Position numbers and translations under genes: made by a program
In this document: positions 53,860 to 64,000 of the stretch, in pieces
Layout of the letters: each line of letters begins with the position of its first letter
Numbering within the stretch: position 1 is the stretch's first letter
DNA from: Parasitella parasitica NRRL 2501
Lineage: Eukaryota > Fungi > Mucoromycota
Assembly: GCA_025201805.1 (NCBI GenBank)
Contig: MU619247.1
Coordinates: 294,482-358,481 of the forward strand
DNA: 64,000 nt
Direction of reading: 5' to 3'
Notes under the pieces: generated by a model
The model's database searches: none
The model's input: only the letters and a program-made list of their open reading frames with translations
What the model was told of the DNA's origin: nothing

Positions 53860-54525
53860 TGTGAAGATCGTGCACGGTGCAAAGACATTCACGCAAGATC
53901 ACTAAATTCTGGATTAATGTGAACCCGCAACAACGAGTGTGTCGTACCAAAGATTTTAGAAGAATGAGCATCTTTGACACTTTTAATTGCCCACTGTCTC
54001 GACTCTCTCAACTGCCCACATCACCTATCACTGTTTGTTGTCTAAATGTCAATATTGCAGTCTACCCATTGTGTAAAGAGCGTGGAGAATCCAGAGGGCA
54101 CTTGATCAATATCCGAGGAGATGAGCTCAACAAGCATGCGGACAGATAGGATTTCCACAAGTTGGCCAATCTTGGTATTTTTAACAGACATTTAGAAACA
54201 TACTACATACTCATCATCGCCATTATTGAAGTATGGAAGGCTCATTGGTGGTGGTTCATCTTTGATTCAATGCCTCCAACATCCAACTCTTTTCTCAAAA
54301 TGCAATCACAAGATAGTCTGCTTTCATCTTTTGAGTAATTGATACATTTTTAGATATATTTTTATGTTCTTTTCTCTCCTCTCCTCTCTCTCTATTATCT
54401 TGTATTTATTTATTTTTTTTCCGTTTCAGTATAATTATCCCTATCCATATCTTCACATTGTTGAGCACCGCTTCTGATGGTCCGCAAGTTCATCTTTAAG
54501 TGCAACAAATAAAAACAAAAAAAAA
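53860..54525 (+). mobile_element. 3' relic of an L1-like non-LTR retrotransposon
   Basis: PLCKERGESRGH zinc-knuckle remnant and EVWKAHWWWFIFDSMP, resembling the IWxAHWxFIFD ORF2 C-terminus; pyrimidine-rich 3'UTR, then AATAAA and an A tract near 54508-54525. Confidence 0.6.
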
Positions 54526-54592
54526 CTTCTCAAAAGGCAGGTTTCGTTTCCCTGAAGTTCGATATCTCTAACAATCTTTATTAAACGTTGAT

Positions 54593-55915
54593 TTAAATAT
54601 GTTCCTCACTTGAGCACTTTTCAAAAACGTTCACAAAATGCTGTACAAACGCATGGAGGTGATTGGGAGGGACAGAATTACAAGCTTCAGTAAGCCGTGT
54701 AGTTGAGTCCTCTTTGTCCTCAAATTTACTACACTTGACTTTGTTCTTAACTATTGCCCAAAACGGCTCGATTGGGTTGAGCTCTGGAGTATAGGGTGGA
54801 AGATAAATAGGCTTATAGTCTCTCTTAGTTACAAGTTCATCTATTTCTTTAGCAGTGTGAATAGGCACATTATTCATAACTGTGTAATGACCCTTCATCT
54901 CAGGGAGACAGTTCATCTCGTCCATAGTTTTCTCAAGAAATACATGGTAATGGCCAGTAACAGTACCTCTAGACACAGACTTTTTGTTACTAGATGGCGT
55001 TTTTCTTTTGCGATTATAAAAATTGGTCTTGATGCGCTTGGACCATTCCTCTTGGGGGTTTCGAAGCTCCATGGATACAACAAATTTAGAAGAAATGGCG
55101 CCCAAAATCGTATGCGATGCTGCTCTCGTAGAAAGAGTGGATTACAATAGCTGGTTTTCCTTTTTCAGCCCAACCACCTGAAGGTCGCATGTTGATATTG
55201 AAAGCAGATTCATCTACAAAAACGCAGCTTTCAAGATAATCCATATCTGTTGCAGTCCATTGTTTGACCCAAGCCAGTCGATTATCAATCTTGGTGCTAT
55301 TGTTTCTAGCAACTGGTTGAAGTATTACTTTCTTGAAAGAAAGATTGCACTTGGTCGTCATGAAGTTATAAACAGTACTCTTTTTAATACTTAAGTCTGC
55401 AAAGTTGTGAGTGAGAGAATCAACTGCGTCAGTCAATCGTGCTTGCGGGTTATCATCGAAAAAATCTACTAGGTGAGTTTTATGTTCTGGTCCTAGCTGA
55501 GGCTTTGGTCTATTAGCCAAGTTTATCTGCTTTTCTAAAATATTCCAATCCTTATCTTCTTAAAGTCTTTTAGCCCACTTTTGAGCCGTTCATTCGGCAA
55601 TACCGCCAGCTAAGCGACGAGACTTCGCAGCATCGAAAAGCTTAACTCTATTCGTATAAACAAACAAAAGCCTTTGTTCGATTAAATATTTATCTAAACC
55701 TTTCTCTGCAGTTTACATGTATTTGCAATCTCCTATGTTTGTATCTAACTCCAAGCCAGGCTCCTGCTCACTTCCTTATATTTCACAGTACTATCTAATA
55801 CGAGTTACGGTGATCAAGTGGAATTGAGTTACCTTGTCTTCCGATTCATGGTATCATTTCCCTGCTCATCGACAATCTTTCCTTGTCCATCTTCGTAATA
55901 AAAATGACAACCCAT
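54593..55915 (-). pseudogene. Tc1/mariner DDE_3 transposase pseudogene (near full length, frameshifted)
   Basis: MGCHFYYEDGQGKIVDEQGND start, HTH region, VFVDESAFN, VMNNVPIH (catalytic D changed to N), YLPPYTPELNPIEPFW; frameshift near 55100-55140 and in-frame stops upstream. Confidence 0.92.
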
Positions 55916-56934
55916 TTCCTTTTCCTTTTTTTTTTTTTTTTTGGTATTTATTGTCGAGTTCTATCTTTGGCGCAACCATAATAGTAATGTGAGTTACCAC
56001 AATAATTTTATAATAAGCACTACTCTCTCAAGTTATACATTTATACTATCAGTTCAACGTTTGTCTATCAAACTTCTCTCTGTTGTCTGTTCTAGTAGCA
56101 TTAAGGTATGCAATGCATTCCATATTGACGATTTTATTAGGAAAAAGAAAAAAAAAAGGCAGATATGGTATAGCAGAGGTCGAAACTATATTTTTTCAGC
56201 TATTTGAAATGCTCTGACATTAAGCCATATACCAATCCACATTCAACTATAAAGAAGTAAATAAATAAAGATGGAATTACTTTTTCGGGAAGTTTCCGTA
56301 GATGATGAGGTTGCAGGGATAATAACTCTAGTTTGCTTGTTTAAGCAATGGTCGAGCCAATTTGCATTGGTGAGGCTGGCATTCTGGTATACACTTTTAA
56401 TCAATTGCTTCAGATGATACTGTTGCGTGGACCGATATTTACCTGATATAGGATTTAAACTAAACGATTATTCAATAACGAATATATATAACACACAACA
56501 GTGGTATAACCAAAGTTACCAAAACTAATGGTTAAGGGGGATAAAGACTCTTGTTTATTTGTTTGAATATGATAGCTTATATAATACTTATATTGAGGGG
56601 GGGGGGGGAGTGTTCTGATCGTTTGACTAATATAAGAGACGACCTGGCATGCGCCACCACACAACAATATACTTGCATGAGTATCGGGAGAACCTTCTCA
56701 CCGAAACTTCCAACATCAATTGGTATTTGTAGGGGTTTTCCTTCATTAACTCTAGTGATGTACTTGCAAAAAAATCCCTGGAAAAGATCTTGGATTTAAC
56801 GCAAAGTGAATTGACTATCTCATTGTTGATTTCTTTTTAAAGAAAAAGGCTACTCAGTTCCTCCTCCTCTTATTTTAACCAGAATTTTGTTTTTCGTATT
56901 AGTAAACTTTTGCCTTAGGATCTGAGGGCTAATA

Positions 56935-57120
56935 AAGGTCTTTGGGCCAAGACGAATTGGCACGACGATGTAAGCGTCTTTAAGCTCCAGCTTCACCATG
57001 GAATCCCCCCTGCTCAATTCAGTCTCTTCTCGTTGTAAGCAAACTATTTTGAAGCGTTTCATTTGTATGCATTGGTCTAGAAGCTTACCTGATCTTGGAT
57101 ATTGGAATTTTACAACGATG
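56935..57120 (-). mobile_element. Reverse-transcriptase relic, DIRS (tyrosine-recombinase retrotransposon)-like
   Basis: LDQCIQMKRFKI...LSRGDSMVKLELKDAYIVVPI resembles the LNxxxxxxHFKM...GDYMxKxDLKDAYxxVPI DIRS RT segment, with the catalytic D altered. Confidence 0.6.
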
Positions 57121-57235
57121 CGCTGCTAGGTAAAATGAGATGACTCGAGGGGCGGAACCAGCATGTTCAGAATCCGCTGTCAATCACTTTATTTTAAAGG
57201 CATTGTCCGGGGTTACATCTTCAAAAAAAAACTAG

Positions 57236-59147
<1,912 letters not shown>

Positions 59148-59236
59148 ATAAAGTGATTTAGCACAAGTATAAACAGGCTCCTTCATATTTTTACATGATA
59201 GCATGTCAAAATGAAAGCGCCAGGTTTATCTTATAT

Positions 59237-59693
59237 TTATTGGGAGGTCAAGATATCAGAGTCACCGGCATCAGTGATGGAAAGAACACTGGTGCGGAAG
59301 AGCTTACCACAAGCAGTACCGAGATCGATGTTGTTACCATTGTAATGGTGAACACCAGTCTTGGACAACATGGCGTAGTACTCGATCTCAGACTTGCGGA
59401 GAGGAGGGCAGTTACCAGCAATGATGATCAACTTGGCTATTTGGGTGCAAAATGTTAGCAAAACGTCTCGGGGGAACAATCTCTGCCCAAGGGACAGAAG
59501 ACTACAATGGTTTTTGGGCTCCTGCCCCCCGAAAAGATGCAAAACTGTAGTCTGATAAACACTTACCCTTTCCTTGGCGGATGGTCTTCAAGGTAGTCTT
59601 GTAACCAAGAGTATACTTGCCAGACTTGGTAACGAGTTGGAGACGAGAGTTGATGGACTCGGCGTTCTTCTTGGACTTGACAGTAGGGGCCAT
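59237..59693 (-). CDS. RPL30: 60S ribosomal protein L30 (eL30); coding intron 59437-59566 and a 5'UTR intron ~59703-59752
   Basis: [42 protein letters not shown]|[63 protein letters not shown]. Confidence 0.98.
59468..59532 (-). promoter_or_regulatory. Intronic kink-turn hairpin, predicted eL30-binding RNA element in the RPL30 pre-mRNA
   Basis: RNA strands 5'-UCGGGGGGCAG-GA-GCCCAA and 5'-UUGGGC-AGA-GA-UUGUUCCCCCGA form a 6-bp C-stem, an AGA bulge, tandem G.A/A.G, then U.G opening an ~11-bp NC-stem with one bulged U. Confidence 0.85.
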
Positions 59694-60159
59694 TTTTATC
59701 TGCTATGGGTTAATTTTCAGTTTTGCCAGCGATTCGCCAAATGTACACTTACAGGTTGTAGACACGAAAGAGGAGGATCACAACAACACTCAAATTCAAT
59801 TTGACTTTTTCTGTTTGCCGAAGAAAAAAAATTTTACAGGCGACTACCATTTGGTGCCAATACACAAGCCACTAACTAATGCTCATGGTCTCCCTTTGAA
59901 TTGCCAGAGGGATCAGCGACGTGTTCTGCGTGGAAGCCCCTCGACAACCAATGTGCTTGTGTGTATGTGTGGGTGTGTGTGTGTGTGGGGTCACCAATTA
60001 TCACAGCGTATTATACATTTTAATCGTCAGTTTCGTAGATTAGACAATTTGATGGCTCTTTTTGGCTGTCCCTTGAATGCTCAATCATCTGTTTGATTTA
60101 GGAGCCCGCATAGCGAGATCGTAATGCGTAACTTGTCTTTCGCAAAAAAAAAAAAAAAA

Positions 60160-60599
60160 ATGTCTGAGGAACGCAGTATACCCATTGATGTTGCATTATT
60201 CCAAACACTCGAATCGAAATCAACTGAGCTATCAAGTCAATTCGCCATTCAGGTAGAGCAGATACAAAAACAGCTGAAACAAGTATGTCCTGCCATCAAG
60301 CAATAGCGCATATTATTAATACAAAAAAAGATGTCTCAATCTACTGCAGAAGCAGCGGACGTGTATAATCTATCGGTTAAAAATCTAGCACAGGAGATAG
60401 ACTCCAGCACCAAAAAGACCATCGAGCTGATCACTCACTGCGACGAACTTGACAAAGATTTATCACAGCTACTTGAATTATCCAGACAAGTGTAAATATC
60501 ACTACTATTCCTGAAAGCTTTCGTTGACCATTTAAAAATAATAGAAAGACTGCAAATAAAGCACTAGATCAGCTTCAGCAAGCCTTATCCGAGCATTAA
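60160..60599 (+). CDS. BORCS6: BLOC-1-related complex subunit 6 (BORCS6)-like coiled-coil protein, 3 exons
   Basis: IDVALFQTLE...VYNLSVKNLAQEIDSSTKKTIELITHCDELDKDLSQLLELSRQVKTANKALDQL matches the BORCS6 C-terminal helix pattern. Confidence 0.75.
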
Positions 60600-60787
60600 A
60601 GCAATAAAGAAATTTACGCCGAAACCATAGTAATTGTCTCGTATTTTTAATTTTTGTGAAATAAAACTAAATGGTAATTTACGAAGAACTTGCTGCCCCC
60701 TCCAGAACCAGTGATATGCCACAAGCCAGTGTTAAAAAAATACAACCATATACAACGCAAAACCCAATTCCACACTTTCCATACACC

Positions 60788-61634
60788 TTAATTTCCGCCG
60801 TAACCTCCACCAACTCCACTACCTTCCTGCATGTTAGGGTTAGCCATACCGCATTTGGCACAATGAGTGCGTTTCGCGAAATCTATTATCATTTTTTTGT
60901 TAGTATATTCTACCGGTTAGTCTACGGAACAGCTTACTGTGGAAAGAGCAATTTTCGTTTCTACACATCCAATCTCCCGCTAATATAGAAAGAAAAAAAA
61001 ATCTCAAAAATTATATACGTGTAAAGAGACATAGACACAGAATACATACGTTTCATGGGAGGAACACTTGGTGTGTATCCAGCTGGAGGTGCACCTGTTG
61101 GATTGTATGGCTTTGCAGTGCTGCATTTGAGACACTGGAATCTAGAAGCAAAGTTATGAGAGCTACAAGAAGGACTAGATACAAAAACATCAGTGCCATC
61201 TATCTACATGTTGTCTGCTATATATATGTAAAGTATACCAAATCCAATCGCCAGCCCTGAATTGAGTGCTATGAGGTCCAGAAGAACTACTGCCCGAAGG
61301 ACCACCTTGATGTACCCCACCATAAGCATACCCTCCGCCACTTGTAGGATGTCCTCCACCATACGAATACCCTCCACCATTTCCACCGCCCGCATATCCT
61401 CCACCAGGAGGAGCATAACCACCACTATTTTGTCCGCCATAACCACCATTAGGTTGACCACTATACCCATAACCACCTCCTCCGCCATTTACACCGCCAT
61501 TTCCTTGAGCGTAATTTATACTGTTATACCCTGGTTGACTATTTGTTGGTTCGGGTGAATATCCATAGCTAGATTGATGAGGCGAATACTGGGTGTGTTG
61601 TTGCTGGATATGATGCTGATTTAGTGGTGCTTGT

Positions 61635-61666
<32 letters not shown>

Positions 61667-63581
61667 TTGTTGTTGCTGTTGCTGCTGCTGCTGCTGGTTT
61701 GGATTAGGTGTATGACAACGGAAGCATGTATTACGAGATGCAAAGTTTTGAAATCCACATGCCGCGTTGGGACAATACCAATCTCCAGGTCTGAAGGAAA
61801 TATGGTGGTGAGGTCTTCCGCCGTTGTTATAGCCGCCGTGGTAGCCAGCATTTGGTGGTGGCGGTCCACCAGGAACGCCTCCACTATGCATATTGGGGTA
61901 GGGTTGAGGGTGTGACGATGGAGGCAGCTGTTGCATTGGAGGCCCATTGACGAGCTTCTTATTACCCTTCAAAGCCTTGGGCGGCTTTGGCCCTGCGCAT
62001 TTCTTGCAATGCATGCGCGAAGAGTAATTGTGAAAGTTACAAGAAGGGCACATCCAGTCGCCATGAGAGAACGGTTGCGGAGGTGGTCCTTGGCCTGCTT
62101 GTGGCCCTGGGTTTGGGTTTTCAGCATTACATTTGAAGCAATACAAGCGAGAAGCAAAGTTATGGAATGAACAGTTGGAGCAATTCCAATCGCCAGGACG
62201 TAGCTGCCTACTTTTTGCCTGCAAAGGGAATGGAACCAGCATGTTGCCTGCTGCTTCAATCACTCGAGTGGAACTAGGGCAAACTTCAATAGGACGATCA
62301 CCCAAACAGCGACCATTCAGCGACAAAGCGCGCATAGCATCATCATGCTGCTGAAAGACAACAAAGCCGGAAATACTAGGCTTCGAGTTATCTGGAGGCT
62401 GGATCATCCACATGGTCGTAGGTCGAAGTCCATTGGAAGAGAACCAGGCTTCCAACTCGCCCTGAGTCACTTCAAAGGGCAGGCCAGCCAAGTGAATTAC
62501 TTGGGATTCTTCCTTTTTAAACTGTTTCAAGTCGGCATTGGTATCAATCGGGTGAACAAAGATATCAGCATGACGGAATCTGAGCAGATATCGCAAGACG
62601 ATCACCGTGGTCAAGGCATTGTTCAAGCCAACAGTCTGATCAGTGACACGAGTGAGATCAAATGCCTCGCACAAATCACGCAGCGACGTTGATCGTAAGC
62701 TGACTTCCGGGTGGTGTACTTGCCAGCGTTGGATCTCCTGCTTTAAATCAAACATGCGACAAAATGATAAATAGCTGGGCAATGTGATGTTTTTGTCGCG
62801 AGCCTCACGAGACAATTGAATGCGAAGAGGCCATCCACCATGAGTGACGAAGCAAAAGCTCTTGGGCTCGACTTCAGTTTGAATGTAGTTGTCGAATGTA
62901 GTAATGGCATCACTCAAAGACCCTGCGGTTTCAAGCATGCTTGATTTGATGCCAGTAACTTCGCTGCAAAAAGCTGTGAGCGGTGTACGTTCAGGCTTGA
63001 CAAATATCTGTTGCTTATGGAGAACCTCCATGCTGAAAGCATCCACAACCACAAAAGACAGTTCTACAAACACCCAAACAAACTGGTAAATGCATACACA
63101 TACACTAGTTTTACTACATTTACATACCTATAATCTCTGAATTTTCCTTGGTAACTTGCACCGCGGCAGGATTAGTTGGGTTTTCATCACAAGTAGCCTC
63201 CAAATGAATCAAAATCAATCTTTCAAAAGGAACCAAAGTCTCTAGAGGAGCAGTAGACGTTGCTTCAAATTTGACGGGAACAGAGTGTTCATTTGTATTG
63301 TTCTCTACAGTAGTATTGGCTTTAATGGGACTGCGATCTTCCTGATTGTCAACTGCAATCTCTTGCTTGTCGTTTTCATTAGTTTCTGTAGCAACATCGT
63401 AATAAGACTCTTCTGGGTTCTGAGAGTCCACCTGTCCAGTCTCTGCTGTTACTGTCTCGTCATTCTCAAGTGGTTTGTGATCAGAATCTAAAAGAGGGCG
63501 CTTCGAAGGCGTTTCCTCTTTTTGTGCGTAATTGTCATCTTCTGCTTTACGCTTACGGTCAACTTCTATGTGTGCGTCCAT
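60788..63581 (-). CDS. Nrp1/Arp1-type RNA-binding protein (exonuclease-like domain, RRM, five RanBP2-type zinc fingers), multi-exon
   Basis: LIHLEATCDE RNase-H-like start, RRM LAGLPFEVTQGELEAWF, and five GDWxC...NF/Y..R..C..C fingers separated by Q- and G/Y-rich linkers. Confidence 0.88.
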
Positions 63582-64000
63582 TTTTTTTTGTTGTTGAGAA
63601 TAAACAAAAAAGAAGTGAAAGTTCTGAACCGCTCCCCCCCCCCCCTTGGGCTATAAAAACCGACAAAAAGCCACACTGATACCGGTATACATTTGGGAGG
63701 TTACTTGTATTTTATCAGACTAGATTTAACGGCTAAATCATTTCCAAAAGCTTCATGAGATACCTGAACAGGTCGAATTTATAGCAGCATTTTTGTTTTC
63801 AGTTTGCCATGATGTTTATCTCTTGGGAAAAAAAAAAAAAAAAGATTTAGTTCAGTGGTAAAGAATATATCAAATTTATCTCTTTTTTTGATCAATTTGA
63901 CCAACCCGAGACACATTTCACCATTATTTCATCGATAATATCTCTAAACCAAGTGAGCCGTGGACCACGCTGTAATTGTCAGTAGACTATATGAATGTCT

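Noticed and set aside
63844-63870. TTAGTTCAGTGGTAAAGAAT resembling a tRNA D-arm / A box
   Set aside because: No anticodon arm or T-loop follows.

Overview
Eukaryotic, intron-rich, AT-rich fungal DNA. The ~50-70 nt GT-AG introns, polyQ tracts, gene content and transposon relics point to a Mucorales (Mucor/Rhizopus-like) scaffold with five short N gaps. About 22 host protein-coding genes are recognisable: Dabb barrel, class IV chitin synthase, DNAJC11, USB1, MEA1-like, NHP6, MTHFR, ERJ5, a two-domain ceruloplasmin-like cupredoxin, MSH3, IST3/RBMX2, an ABF2/TFAM-like HMG protein, a Q/N-rich UBZ protein, a CYSTM protein, an ABCB/MDR transporter, a heme-thiolate peroxidase, Nrd1/Mrn1, a P450, a Cdc25-type RasGEF, a FYVE-less Fab1-like kinase, mitochondrial GluRS, RPL30, BORCS6 and Nrp1/Arp1. 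There are also Tc1, L1-like and DIRS-like relics. Two items stand out and neither is in the ORF track. (1) The 130-nt coding intron of RPL30 holds a fully intronic kink-turn whose core matches the yeast L30-binding site, beside the branch point and with a 9-bp pseudoknot partner near the 5' splice site: a candidate splicing-autoregulation switch. (2) The first 183 nt encode the C-terminus of a Fanzor (TnpB-like RNA-guided nuclease), followed by a candidate transposon right end and omega-RNA region. All calls come from reading motifs by eye. No database search or folding program was run, and exon boundaries are manual.
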